Shown: positions 12,862-26,499 of the stretch, one piece after another
Numbering within the stretch: position 1 is the first letter of the stretch
Layout of the letters: each line of letters starts with the position of its first letter
NCBI RefSeq assembly: GCF_009914755.1
Contig: NC_060927.1
DNA from: the human T2T-CHM13v2.0 reference genome, Homo sapiens
Length of the DNA: 64,000 bases
Direction: 5' to 3' (one strand)
The notes under the pieces: model-generated
Seen by the model: only the letters and a program-made list of their open reading frames with translations
Told to the model about the DNA's origin: nothing
The model's database searches: none
Made by a program: the position numbers and the translations under genes

Positions 12862-13665
12862 ATGCATCATCAGGTTATTTAAAGTTTTCTCTTTTTTTAA
12901 TATATAAGCACTTATAGCTGTAAACTCCTCCCTTAGTACGGCTTTTGCTGTGTCCCACAGGTGATTTTAGAATATTGTGTTTCCATCATCATTTGTTTCA
13001 AGAAATTTTTCAATTTCCTTCTTAATTTCTGAATTGACCCCCAATCATTCAGAAGCATATTGTTTAATTTCCATGTGTTTGTATAGTTTATAAAATTCTT
13101 CTTGTTATTAATTTCTAGTTTTATTTCATTGTGGTCAGAGAGATGCTTGATATTGTTTCAATTTTTTTGAATGTTTTAAAACTTGTTTTGTGACTTAACA
13201 CATAGTCTATCTTTGGGAATGATCCATGTGCTGAGGAGAAGAATGTATACTCTGCAGCTTTTGAAGGAATATCTATTAGGTTCATATATTTTATAGTACA
13301 GATTAAATCTGATGTTTCTTTGCTGATTTTTTTTGTCTGGAAGATCTGTCCAATGATGAATGCGGGGGAGTCTCCAGCTATTATTCTATGGGAGTCTCTT
13401 TCTCTCTTCAACTCTAATAATATTTGCTTTATATATCTGAGTGTTCCAGTGTTGAGTGTGTATATATTTACAATTATTATATCCCCTTGTTGAATTAGCA
13501 CCTTTATCATTATATAGTGACATTTTTGTCTCTTCTTATAGTTTTGTCTTGAAATCTATTTTTTCCTGAAGTAAATATAGCTACTCCTGCTCTTTCTGGG
13601 TTTCCATTGGCATGGAATATCTTTTTCCCTCCGTTTATTTTCAGTCTATATGTGTCTCTATTGAA
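12862..13665 (-). mobile_element. L1M ORF2 endonuclease-region fragment (probably continuation of the L1MA at 10250)
   Basis: ORF 13121-13510: IQQGDIIIVNIY...YIKQILLELKRE...AAEYTFFSSAHGSFPKIDYVLSHK. Confidence 0.85.
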
Positions 13666-13829
13666 GTTTTCTTGACCTTTACATTATCCAACCCCTATTT
13701 TAGTGGCAAGAATATTGCATGGAAAACTGTCATTCAAATTCTACTCCTAGAACCCTCTGATATCTGTTGATTCCATCTCACACACACTGAGTGCTATAGC
13801 ATTTATAAAGTACCTTAATGTGTAATTAT

Positions 13830-13960
13830 TTTTAAAAATTTGTGAGGTACAATTTTTTTCACCATTTTCAGAATGAGGAAAATTAGACTCAGAGGAGATT
13901 AAAAGATTTCCCCACGGTAACATGATCCTGGTATTTAGTTAAGAGCTACACCAATCCTGT
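13830..13960 (-). mobile_element. MIR fragment
   Basis: 'tgtgaggtac...ccattttcagaatgaggaaaattagactcagagga' matches the antisense MIR core. Confidence 0.6.
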
Positions 13961-14704
13961 AGGTCTTTATGCTAGAGATATCACAGTACCTTCCTAATAA
14001 CTCTTCCAGGCTCATTACTGGCATGATTTCCATCTAGAATATCTTCAGGATATTTCTCTCTTCACATTTATAGTACAAATATTAGATTTGTCCTTCTCAT
14101 TCACCACAAAGAGCATATGTTTTTCATATTAAATCTGCCTACTTAAACATAAACAACTCAAAACATACACAATTGGGAGGACTTTTGTACTTAATATCCA
14201 TCCATGAGTTCTGTTTTCAGGTCAGGTTTCTGGCCCTGAAATCAGGCTTGTTGAATACTTTATTTTACTATGTAATTTACAAGTCATGTTGGGAAGTTGG
14301 ACCCTATAATTATATGTATTTTTAGTGCAAAATATCATCAATCTTTTACCTTTAGAACACCTAATTTAGATCTAATGAAATATATTTAAATGAAATGTAG
14401 AAAGTACTCAAACAAGTCTCCCCAATTCTGTTACCTATACCAATATTTAGGATTTTTACAATAAAAATCTTCAAAAAGTATTAAATTTTTACTGTCATTG
14501 GTTAATTCTAGTTTTTTATAGATGCAAAAAAAAATCATCAGTGGTATTTTTAAAAGTTCCAGCCATAATGTATGTTGCAACAGAACTTTGCATTTACAGT
14601 AAACAGCTTTTCTGCAGGCCATCAGTGGTGAGACTCCCTTTCTCTACTAAGCAGACTGCCTCCTTGGAAAAGAGAGAGCCATTTTAGCTTAGCGCTTCAG
14701 TTCA

Positions 14705-14735
14705 GTTTTGTTTTGTTTTGTTTTGTTTTGTTTTT
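14705..14735. repeat. (GTTTT)n microsatellite
   Basis: About 6 copies read directly. Confidence 0.9.
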
Positions 14736-16074
14736 CTAGAAGGATGTAAATTGTTCTGTTTGTTCAAATGCAGAACAGTGAATGAACAGTGAATAGTAAC
14801 TTTGTAGTAGAGATTGCTGTCCAAAGGGAACAGGGGAAAGAAACGTCATTTTAATTGAACTCAAAAATCAAGAGTGTATCTTTAAATACAATTGCATGTA
14901 TGCAACAACGCAAACACTTACACAGTTAATATCATTTGGCTTCATCTTTAGTCATAATTTATATTCATTACATATGGGTAATGGGTATGACTTACCTCAA
15001 CTGAAAGGAACAAGTAGGGGCTGCCTCAATTTTAATGACTCTGAGTTAATCTACACATACTTGTAACTGTGCAGTGCTAAGTTGTGTAGAACACATCAAA
15101 TAAAGAGTTACCTGGTTCAGCGTAGCATAGGAGATGTTTATAATCTGACAAATTGAACATTTAATTTTAAATAAGGCTATCATAAAACTAAGTTAATGAT
15201 TTAGAAGAGAAAATATACAAATATTATTTATGTGCTCCTAGCTGTGCACAATACTCAAAATTTGGAAACTATCTCAGAGATTTGGGCTGTATAGACATTC
15301 TAATTCAACAATAAACATTTTCTTATTAAAATATTCATGGAAAAGTTTTGAAAAGATATATGGTAACCCATTATTTTTCTCTAACAGAGGGTATTATAGG
15401 TACTTTTTCTCTTCTTTCTACATTTTTATTTTTCTCAATTTCCTATGCTGAGTACTTATTTCATGAGCTTTGAAAAGCTTCTTCAGAAAATCACTAGAGA
15501 TCAAAATTGTAATATTTACTTAAATGTTTAATGTTAATTAATATTCTGATTAGAAGCGATGACCATATTGTTTGGCAATAAATTCTGCTTGATTCCTCTG
15601 TTTGGAAGCTCCATTATTAGTTTTACATTAAGTATATATTACATATAATAAAAGTGAAGGAATAACTAATTATAAGTCAGTGTCTTCAGCAAGGAAGAAC
15701 ATTAGTTAAATTTATGGAATAGAGTTCTTTTCAGTTTAACAGTTAAGAGTAATTGTCATTTGGACGCCAACTAAAGAACTGTTCCTAGATTAGCAAGTCC
15801 TAGTATAAAGAAAAATATGAGATTCTTATATTCAATTATATATGCATATAGTCAAAATACAATTATTTACTCATGGCCTTTCATTATGTTATATTCTCCT
15901 TAAGAAATATGAGTGGTCTTGACAATAGACATAAAAGCATAGTCATAATTAATAAATTTTTGATTTATTCTTCATGTTGGAATTAGTCTTTCACCATAAT
16001 GTAACAACAGCCTAGACAGCAATACTGCCCCGGATGTACCTGCCTCATCATGGGAAGGCAGAAGAGTGAAGTGA

Positions 16075-16265
16075 TAAGAGCATCAGTTCCAGGGTCGGGT
16101 GTGAGATGAATTCTTAGCTGTCCCACTCACTAGCTTTCTAAAATTGGGCAAGCTCTTTAATCTCTCTTTGCCTCCGTTTCTTGATCTGTGAAGTAGGAAC
16201 AAAAAAAGGTAAAGTGGCTTAATAGTGCTTGGCACAGTAGGAAGTTCATGACAAAGTTTAACTAT
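16075..16265 (+). mobile_element. MIR fragment
   Basis: 'ccactcactagct...ttgggcaagctctttaatctctctttgcctccgtttcttgatctgtgaa' MIR core; 'gtgcttggcacagtagg' 3' part. Confidence 0.7.
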
Positions 16266-16989
16266 TTAGAAGAATAAGTGGGAAGGAATGCACACTATCT
16301 AGTGAACTAGGGCAGAAGCTTTTTCTCTTGATTTATTCAGATAACTGACCCCAGAAGTATGCTTTCTGTTTTCATTTGAGTTATAGTCATAATTTTCGCT
16401 ATTCCCAATACAGTGTGTGTAGTCAGCCTAGGTGTTATTCAATAGACCTGTTCCAACATCTACTGTGATTGATTTATTTAGAAATACCTCCAGGCCAAAA
16501 TGAGAATGAAAATAAATGGAACAGATGAAAGTGCCCTGCTGCAAGCAAGAGCTACAGATTGAGGTTAAGAGTAATTGCTTTGGCATAATTGTTATTTGTA
16601 ATCTTAGAACAAATGCAAATCTCCCATTAGGAGCAGTAAATCCGGTGCTTAAAGTAGAAGATGAGTATTTCACTGCCTAGCAATGGGAAGCCATAACTGA
16701 ATGCTAAGTGCAACGACATAAAAATTTCCTCAGGCCTTTCATTCAGACTAATAATGCAGGGAATATGGTGGACACAGGAGTACCTTCAGAAAAATGAATA
16801 TCAAAGATGATTTATTTCTCCTGTGTATTTTTTTTCCAAGATACATTAAAAAAACTTTGTCTTTAGATTTATAAATTCGTGCTGTGCTCTGCTTCATAAA
16901 TACTTTATATTTATACTGAGCCTGACTTCCAGAAAGCCTGATGTGCTTTTTATGGTTATTAGTCTTTACACCTTCATTACTGAAGTAGA

Positions 16990-17125
16990 TAATAAGGTGA
17001 AGATATTAGCTTTACTTTAAAGAGATAAGAATAGAGGCATATAGGAGGTCAGTGACTTTCTCAAGGTTATGAAATCATTCTGTGGTAAAAAGAATACATG
17101 ATTCAAATTCATTTTAACTACCACA
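16990..17125 (-). mobile_element. MIR fragment
   Basis: 'gaggcatataggaggtcagtgactttctcaaggtta...gattcaaattc'. Confidence 0.5.
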
Positions 17126-19479
17126 TCATCTTTTTTCAGATTACTTTTTAAGTCAGTAGTTATTATTACCAGTGAAATTATGATAATCATATTGATGAGC
17201 CAAAGGTTGTCATTAGATTTCTCAAATATCCAACAATTCCTGGGCCAAGATTACTACATAAGAAATGTTGTATTTATTTTTAAATGAATTGTTTGCCTTA
17301 GAATAGAATACTATTTTAAACTATTAAGTTAAAGCCTAGATAAGATTAAATTGAGTTCTTGGCCACACAGCAGGTTATCTTATTATCTTGATTTAAAAAA
17401 AATAAATGAAATTCCAAGGTCCATGTGTACCTGTAGAAATATTTAGAAATGTAAGTAGTTGAAGAAAAGAGTAGATAGGTAAAGTTGAATATGTGTGTTT
17501 GAGAAAGTGAAGGGCACAATAGGATAGAAAATATATTGCAGTATTGCAATAGAATAATGAAAAACATCAGTATTCAGACAGCTTCTGATGTATACATAGC
17601 TGAGGTCAAATATCAAGCGGATTTTTTTTGTCTCCCAGACTGAGATCACACCGCCTTAATATTGTTTGTTAGATATTGGCAGGGAAAAAGTTTAGTATGG
17701 TATAAATGTATTTTTTAACTTAAATTATTTCATAGATTTTTAAAGAATTCCATGTTAACTCTGGAGAGGAAGGAGTACAATATGTAGTCTGTTGCAAAAC
17801 CAGAGTAGTATATATTTTAGATAAATGGGTATTTTTGAACTCTAGAAAAATTGAATATTTCTGGGGGTTATTACCCCAAGACTGAAATCCAAATGTCATC
17901 TCAGCTTTCTCACAAGGCCCTTAATAGTTGAAGAATAGAACTTTAATTTAAAATCCATCTCTAAGAAGCAGCATCCACAAGACTACCCTCTGATAAACTT
18001 TTTAACCTGTGACCTGTTCCTATAGATCTCATATGGTGATACGTTTTGATCTGTGATCCTAGTTAATCGTTAATGGTGCCCCGGATTTCGAGGGACATTC
18101 TTTGCAAAACAGTGATAGAATTATAGCAATATAATCCCAAGCTGGTTCAGTAAGACTGTCTATTTTTCTTTAGTAAAATAAAAGAGCTGTCAAGCACTAT
18201 TTATGCCCCTAGCTGCTATTTCTGTAACAGTCCCTTCCTTCAACTTGCTAAGGAGGCGAAAGAGTCACAGAAGAGTTACAAATGAAAGAAAAATTAAACA
18301 CAATACAAAAGTGAGAGTGCCTTTTAGCCTACATTAGGGAGGTGGGAGTAAAGTATCAAGGACACAGATATCACCTTCAATGGTTCCCTCACAAAAACAA
18401 ATGGCCAGTAATTCGGAGCTTTGTAGCTTCCTCACTTTCTGTCTCTTTCCTGTAGGCTACAATGTGTTGTCCAATTTTAGTGTGAGACTGACCTAGACAA
18501 ATAATTGTATTTAGATAACAAAGTGAATAAACAAGTGCAATTTTGTTTTTGAGCTGTTTCTAGAGAAATGTCATGTAATTATTGCAAAAGCAAATGTGGA
18601 ATTTAGAAATATTTTAATGGTACAAATGGCTTTAATGAGGGGCAAAGGTTGCTAGTCTCTTCTCTCTTAAAGCCAGTTCTGAGTTATTAATGACTTATAT
18701 ATATTAAGCAAGTTTGGGGAAACAATTCACTTTTGACTTCATTATTTTAAAGATAATAACTCTCACTTTTACCACTAATTATCTACTTATTTCAGTAATT
18801 AGGAATTCAGTTAATTCTTTGGAGATGATAGATGTGTTCTTGTGTGTCTACTCTGTGCCAAGCATGATCAACTGAAATGCTTATATAAATGAGTAAGATA
18901 AACATTTTAACTTCCCACAGATCACAATCAAGTAGAAGACTTAGACTTTAAAGAAGGAAAGATAAATGCATGAAAAATGAGGTACAAACAATGTATAGAA
19001 CTATAGACAGGAGAGAATGGATATGGACTTGCTTCTTTGGGGGAAAAAAAAGAGGTATTTAAATCAGTTTTGAAAGATTATTAAGATTCTAACAAGTGAT
19101 TGGAATGCAGAGAAATCAGATGTAAATTTGATTTACATCACTGCAGGCAAAGAGCAGGGGTAACACTAAATTGCCATGTTCTCCATGTCAGAGACCTGTG
19201 TTGCAGAAAATACTGTGTACCTTGATCTGAAATAACCACATCCGGGACACTTTAGTATTGTCCTGTATTCTTTTCAGAATATCAGAACTCCTCCTGGCCC
19301 TGCATACTGCTGTCACATGGAATAATATAAATTCATCAAATAAATCATATATGTCCACACTCTCAGGCCTTCTGTACCTACCTGTGTCTTTTATGTCCAT
19401 AAGTCTGCTTTCTCCCTGCCTTTTTATCCACAGAACATACCTACATTTACCTGGCTATTTATTAGGCTTTAATGACTCA

Positions 19480-19735
19480 TTGTGGGAGTTCTGTCTTCTG
19501 AGAAGCATTGTCCGATGCTACCATCTCAAGTTTAAATTAAGTACCCCTCCTCAGGGGCACAGAGCCCATCGCTGTTACCTCTATCACAGCACTTACTTCA
19601 TGCTCTCTCAATCCACAGGTTTTTCAGATCTCCTCCTTTAGACTACAATCTTCTGATAGCAAAGACAATAATATCAAACACCTGGAAGAGAGCCTGCCCT
19701 GCAGAAGACCCTGATTCAATTAATATTTGTTGACT
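19480..19735 (+). mobile_element. L2 3' fragment
   Basis: 'tctatcacagcactta...tagactacaatcttctgatagcaaagac...atatttgttga' resembles the L2 3' end. Confidence 0.5.
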
Positions 19736-19780
19736 GGGAAACATTCAGATATAAAAATGTAGAAAAAATGTCTATAGTCA

Positions 19781-20132
19781 GCCGGGCTCAGTGGCTTAAA
19801 CCTGTAATCCCAGCATTTTGGGAAGCCAAGGCAGGCATATGGCTTGAGCCCAGGACTTCAAGACCAGCCTGGGCAACATGGTGAAACCCTGTCTCTCCAA
19901 AAAATAAAAATACACACACACACACACACACACACACATATGTATGTACACACAAAACTTAGCCAGCATGGCGGCATGTGCCTGTAGTCCCAGCTACTTG
20001 GGATGCTGAGGTGGGAAAATCACATGAGCCCAGGGAGGTCAAGGCTGCAGTGAGCCATGACAGCACCACTGCACTCCAGCCTGGGCAACAGATTGAGACT
20101 TGGTGTCAAAAAAAAAAAAAAAAAAAAAAAAA
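19781..20132 (+). mobile_element. AluJ with (CA)n expansion in the middle A-rich linker
   Basis: Starts 'gccgggctcagtggc'; J-type 'gcttgagcccagg' and 'aaggctgcagtgagccatga'; (CA)n at 19911-19951; A25 tail. Confidence 0.95.
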
Positions 20133-20602
20133 GAATGTCTCCGAATAAACTTGGACTATCATTTTCATTGTGCAGCAAAATGAGTAGGTGATTGTACACA
20201 CCTAACCCATACATTCTGTACTTGTCTCTCCCCTTCACTTTTCATATCCTTAATTAGCAGAGCCTACCAATCTTTTTTTCTAAATATATTTTTTATTATT
20301 TCCACTTCCATTTTATCTCCACTATCATTGCCTTAATATAGGACTTCATTTTTCACTTGGACAATATTGCAATAACCTCTTAACTCGTCTCCCAGTTGCA
20401 ATAAATGTCTATTAAATTTAAGTGGTTGAAATGCTTAAAGTAACACTCCCTATTTTGAAAATAAATCAACTAGCAAGTACCTGCTGCCCACCTACAATAT
20501 GTTCCAAACTTATTATGTGCTATGAGGGAGTCAGGAGAAGCAGAGCATACAAACTTCCACTTTACCCCCAGGACACTATAATGTGGGCATGGAGAACTGA
20601 AA

Positions 20603-20756
20603 CTGTGCTTCTCAAAGTACATGATGCATGCAAGTCACCTAGGGATGTTACTAAAATACTGATTCAGTAGGTCTTGGGTAAGGCCTGAGATTTTGCATTT
20701 CTAACAAATCCCCAGGAGACGTGGGTGCCACTGGTCTGTAGGCCATCCTTTGAGTG
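20603..20756. mobile_element. MER5A (hAT-Charlie MITE)
   Basis: 'gtgcttctcaaag...gattcagtaggtct...ggcctgagattttgcatttctaacaa...ctttgag'. Confidence 0.8.
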
Positions 20757-21019
20757 AAAAAATATTAAAATCCATTAAATACCATATGACATACCTCATA
20801 GTGAAGATTCTAAGTGCAGGCAGACTTCATGAAAGTAGTAAATGATACAATGGAAAACTCTCCATGTAAGAGAAGAATGGACACTGAGAAAATGCAAGCC
20901 CATTCCCTGTTCCTACTCAGCTTATAAGATGACTCACTTCTCATCTTCTCTCTAAAGCCTTTCTGACACAATCTCACCTTCCTGGCACAATCTCACATTG
21001 CCGCTGTCTCTCTACCCCT

Positions 21020-21575
21020 TTCTATTCATGCTCTAAAGTATTAATACATTCAGAAAGATCTTTCTAAAATACAAAACCGACTTTGCCACTCTTAGGCTTA
21101 AAGTTCTTTAATTCCTATCACCTGCCATTTAAATTCCACAATGGAAGGCCCTTCCCAATTGGCCCCTTTCCTGACTCTCTAGACTCAATTTCCACCACTT
21201 CTACCACATGTCACCTGCATTCGCCCAGCTTCACCACACTCTTTCTTACCTCTGCTTGTCATAGGCCATTGCCTGTGCCTGGCACCTCCCGTCCCCATTG
21301 TCTACTAGGCAACAGTGCATCCATTCTTACTGGAAGCTCAAAAGTTCCCTCCTCCACAGGGCCTGCCTTCTCCTGCCAGGCAGAGTTATGTATTTCAACG
21401 CCTTTTTGAGTCCATAGCATATAAAACATTATTGAGTTCTATTTATCTCTACTGATTTCAGTACTCCCAAGAGAGCCCCTATTTTGCAAGGATCTGAATC
21501 TCATCTTTCTTTATACCTTCTACCCATATTCAAGATGTGAAAGATGTTTTAATAACTGTTGGTTAAAAGAAAAAA
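21020..21575 (+). mobile_element. L2 fragment
   Basis: 'cagaaagatctttctaaaatacaaaacc...ccactcttaggcttaaa...agctcaaaagttccctcctcc' is typical L2 sequence. Confidence 0.55.
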
Positions 21576-22724
21576 TAAATAAATAAATCCGAACTAGCTA
21601 TTTACTCAAACATCCCTTTTTACCAAGAAATAATTTATGATGGCACTAATAAACAAAACCAATGTGTTCTGTGATGAGATTTCAGTACACAACAGAAGTA
21701 AATGTTAGGGTGAAGGGAAAGGAGAAAAAGAAGACAGAGGAAGAAAATGCTAAGAAACACTGCAATGAGGAAAATAGATATTTACTACTTACATGTTAAG
21801 TCTTTTCTGAGAACACACATGTGCACACATACACAACATTCATAATTTAAACTGCCCTAAAAAGTCCAACCAAATTTTAGCTCATTCCCAGAAAGCAGTA
21901 GACAAGACAGGAAAGTGTGTTAATACTCCTTCTTTTCCAGTCATTATTCACCTAGGTACTGGAAGTTGTGTCTCAGATATTGGATTGAATGGAAATGAAA
22001 GAGGGTCTCTTGGTGAGAGCAGTCAATGTTCCTCCTATTTACAGATGGCATGGCTGTGCTTACGGACAATGTATGTGAATTATTATTTTTCAGTTGAAAG
22101 CAAAACTCAACCATGAATTTCAGGGAGCAATTAAAAGATAATCCTGAATACAAATAAATCATGCCCCACAACTCATAAGAAAGCCACATAAATGGTCATT
22201 TGGTAAAAGAGAAGGATATCTTTAGAATTTTCTTTAGAACATTGCTCAATAAAGAAATACAAAAGTCAAAAACACTAGACAAAAAATATGCAGTAAAACA
22301 AATGAAATATTTAAAAGACTGTCATTTATACTGAAAAAAATAGACCATCAGCATTATTGTTACTCAGAAATCTCACATTCTTAATATAAAAGAAACTTGG
22401 CAATGAGTAAAATGATTAAAAATTATTCAGTGTGTCAAAAAACACTAAGCCAAATATTAATGTAAATAGAAATATCAATAAAAAAGTACTCATATTATAA
22501 ATAATAATGTCACATTACATAAAGATTAACTTCAGTATTACATCAAATCATTCTTCTAAAGCTATTTATATTAAATGTCATTTAATTCTCCCAAAATTTT
22601 AATACTTTTCTATATCATCTTTTGTGTCCATATTTTTAATCCCCAGATAAAAAGTGAGTGCCTACCAGGTTATAAGTTCAATATGTGTTGAAGCTGAATA
22701 AAAGTGAGTTATCATCAGCCACTA

Positions 22725-23100
22725 TATTGATCAGTCAGCCATATTTTCCAGAGCATCTGCCTACATGCTCAGCACTGCTCTGAGAGAAATAGAAGAAACA
22801 GGGAGCCTGAAGTTGGTCTCCTTTCCTGGGCATTAAGGTGTAGTCAGGAGACAATACTAAATGCTAACAGTGGGATCAGTGAGAAACGGTGGAAGCTAGT
22901 TTATAAGCTATATCATGTAGTTCATGATAAAATTGCTGTATAGGATTCAGAGTAGAAAAGTTCTACCCAGACATGGTCTCATGAGTTGGGGATGGAAAGA
23001 TTAAAAAGATGTCCAAAGTAACAGGCATGGAGTGAAGTCCAGAGTGGACAGATCTGAGGAGATGTTGCACTCTTCAGATTCAGGAAAAAATATGACCACA
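22725..23100 (-). mobile_element. L2 fragment
   Basis: 'cagagcatctgcctacatgctcagcactgctc...' resembles the antisense L2 3' end. Confidence 0.45.
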
Positions 23101-23435
23101 GATCCAAGGGCAGGAATAATAATGCACAGCCGGGCCCTTGTAACACAACTAATATAGTAATGGGACCCTATAGAGCTGCAACTGCACAGTATGCAAAGGC
23201 CCTGCTATACAGCTTTCTCAACCTGTTGTGCTGTTTTTGGCTTCCTTGAACCCACTTGATTCCATCCTTTGAGACTCAAATGTTATTGTCTCTGTGAAGC
23301 CTTTCCCTTTCCCAACCTTCCGTCACACTCTACATGTATTAACAATTTATCCATATGCCATAATTACATATCAATAATTGCATGTAATCTTTATCCCACC
23401 AGTTCACTCCTCCTCATCCCACACATTGTCTAAAT

Positions 23436-23635
23436 CAGCAGTGACCAACAGAACTTTCTGTGATTATAGAAATATAATATCTGCACTGTCCAAAACAAGA
23501 TCCTCTAGACAAATACAGCCACTGAACGCTTGAAATGTGGCTGATGTGACAGAGAATTCAATTTTATTTATTTTAGATTTAAATTAAAATTTAAATAACA
23601 GCATCTGGCTAGTGGCTACTGTACTGGACATATGG
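23436..23635. mobile_element. MER3 (hAT-Charlie), inserted into an L2 relic (about 23250-23750)
   Basis: 'aacagaactttctgtgat...ctgcactgtccaa...cttgaaatgtggct...aaatttaaataac...tggctagtggctactgtactggaca'. Confidence 0.85.
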
Positions 23636-25019
23636 TTTTATACTATGAACTTCTTGAAGGCAAGAATGATGTATTAGCATCCATATACTTTAGTATAGTC
23701 AATCATAGTATGTACTCAGTAAAGTTTTGTTGAATAAATGGCCAAATATGAATGAATCTTAGTATATAGTTGACAAAGTAATGAATATAAAGAACAGACA
23801 TATGAAAAAGTAACAAATTTAATGGTGTCTAAAGATAATTATTGAAAGATGAGAAGAGAAATAGTGTGATTTGAATGTAGTCTGCTTTTTTAAAAAATGT
23901 TAGTAAAGGTACCCTAAAATAGAAATTAACCAAAAAAAAAACAAAAACAAAAAACCTGTTGAAATGCTGATACTCTATCTTCTTTATATGTTTATGTTTT
24001 GTACTAACTTTTTCCACTATTTTATACTGTCTTAATTATATCTAAGTCTTCAAACACTAGACTGTGACCTCCTTGAAGCAGGTACTTTTATTCCCACTGT
24101 GTACCCAGTTCCAAATGTAAGCTTAGACCACAATAGGTACCCAATAAATTTTACGGGGAGAGTGAAATGAGTGATAAGACAGGAAATAAACTATTTTAAT
24201 AAAACTAGCAGAGTTGATGTTCAGAAAGAAAAGATAGCTGTTAGAAAACATCCTAAGTGACTGTGAACAATAAGGCATTCTGCAACATCTACTTCATGTG
24301 TGCATTTATGCCTTGTGTTTGAGAAACCTGTGTTATTTCAAATAATGTTTTCCTAAAACAAACATGACTGTCTTATTCTCCCTGTCTCCTACCTGCCATT
24401 CTATAAAGTCCCATTGCTTTTAGCTTTAAATTTGGTTTCAGCCTCTTTGACTCTTTTACTATTTTCTTTTAGTATTTCCATTACCTTAAAAGAGTGAGTA
24501 CAGTTGTCTTCACTTTCTCGTGGTAGAAAGTTAACAGTATAGAAGTATGAAAATGTCACCAAAGACTAATCAGAACAAATTGCAAGAGTTTTTCCTAATG
24601 TCTCTGCTTCAGACCTACCATGTAGATTAGCATATCAGATTTATCATTCTGATACATCAGAGTCTGGTTTATATTTGCCAGCCAGTGTCACTTCTCAGAG
24701 CACTGTTTTTTACTCTGAGTCAGAACAGGTTTCTGTGATATCTCCCTTAAGAAATGCCAAGTTTGGCCACCATCTATATCTTTTTCCCTTTCCCTGGGTA
24801 GCTCAGAAATCAATAAAAGAGCAGGTTTATGATTGCTGATGCTTAAATTATACTTGTCATTCTAAAGATATTTATTGCACACTTACTATGCAAAACTGTG
24901 TTCTAAGTGCTTTAAAGGAAATTGAGATGAATCATGCATGAACCTGACCTCCAAGAATATGGTCATCACTGAAAGATAAGATACAGGTATAATAGATACA
25001 AAGTAGCAATTGCTAAGTA

Positions 25020-25344
25020 CAATTATCCCTCCATATCTGAGTGGGATTAGTTCTAGAACTCCCTCCAGATACTACATTGCCATGATGCTCAAGTCCCTTA
25101 TATAAAATGGCATATTATTTGCATATAACCTATACACATCCTGTATACTTTATATTATCTCTAGATTATTTATAATACCGAATACAATGTGAGTACTATG
25201 TAAATAATTGTTATACTTTATTTTCTATTTGTATTATTTTTATTGTTGTATTATTATTTTTTATTTATTCATTTTTTGGAAATTTTCAATCAATGATTGG
25301 TAGAATTCACAGGTGAAGAACCCTCAGATATGGGGGTCCTACTG
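25020..25344. mobile_element. MER2 (TcMar-Tigger)
   Basis: 'gatgctcaagtcccttatataaaatggc...tttgcatataacctatacacatcc...tctctagatta'; degenerate terminal inverted repeats flanked by TA (25018-19, 25345-46). Confidence 0.9.
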
Positions 25345-25346
25345 TA

Positions 25347-25470
25347 GAGCATATGGATTTAGAGCAGCCTTGGATTTGTATTTTGACCCCCATATTAGGA
25401 GTTACATGACATTAAACAAAATACATTAACCTCTCTGTGCTTTACTTTCCTCTTTTGCAAAATAATACCA
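25347..25470 (+). mobile_element. MIR fragment
   Basis: 'agagcatatggatttagagcag...ttaacctctctgtgctttactttcctcttttgcaaaat'. Confidence 0.55.
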
Positions 25471-26499
25471 GGTTTTGTCTCTGGATTATTGACTTATAAT
25501 CTGGATGAACCCAAAACCCCTGGTGGAGGATGAGAGAGACCAAGCATGTCAATACCTTAACATTGTTTTGTCCCTGGCACACACATGAAAATGCTTAGCC
25601 AATGCCTGATTATAAGCAAAATGCTTTCAGAGTTTAGAGAGATAATGCTTTTGCTGTATGGATGACGTGGATTCTGTCTGAAACTGAAAGATTGTTGGAT
25701 TTAGACATAGAAAATGCAAAGTCAAAATCTGAAAAGAAGAGTATCAACTATCCACAATAATTCACAAGGCCAGGAGATCGGAAATTATTAATTTTCTTCA
25801 CAATTATGTTTATCGAAACATTGTCTAAAATCTATGAAGTACCATGCTAGGTGCCTTAGGGAAGAATGGCACAAAATAAATGGTCTCTACTCTCACAGGA
25901 GTCATTGAACTAGTAGAGGTTCCTGGGGGAATCACGCCACCTTTAACCTACAGCATGTTTTTCTCATTGGTAGAAGTAATATTGTGGGTTTGTTGGGAGG
26001 GTGGACTGCTAGATGTCAGGGACTGTGTTTTAGTTAACTTTGCCTCCACGTTAAGCACAACTCTTAGCACATAGTAAGTACTCATTACATGTTTATTGAA
26101 TGAATCAATCAACATATTTTGCATGAATATGTTCTAGTGCTTACCCAATAGTAAAATTAAGACTTTTATAATAATTCTTAAAAATAGCTACTTGAGTTCT
26201 ACACTGTTAATACCTAAATGATGTTTATCAAAGAGTGTAGCGCTTCAAAGGCAAACTTAACAACTGCTGAATGATTTTAATCATGAAATAACATTCATGA
26301 TAATATTACCACATTTGTGTAACACTTTATACCCTTCTAAAAACGTCTTTTGGATAATTTTCCTGGCTTTTGGTTTTTGTAATTTGTATGTTTATGAAAT
26401 GTGATATGTTTGAATTTGAGTAAACTCTGCTCACCTAGAATGTTTAGACAAATGAAAAAGTATAAAATAATAACCAATAATAGTAAAAATCATAACATT

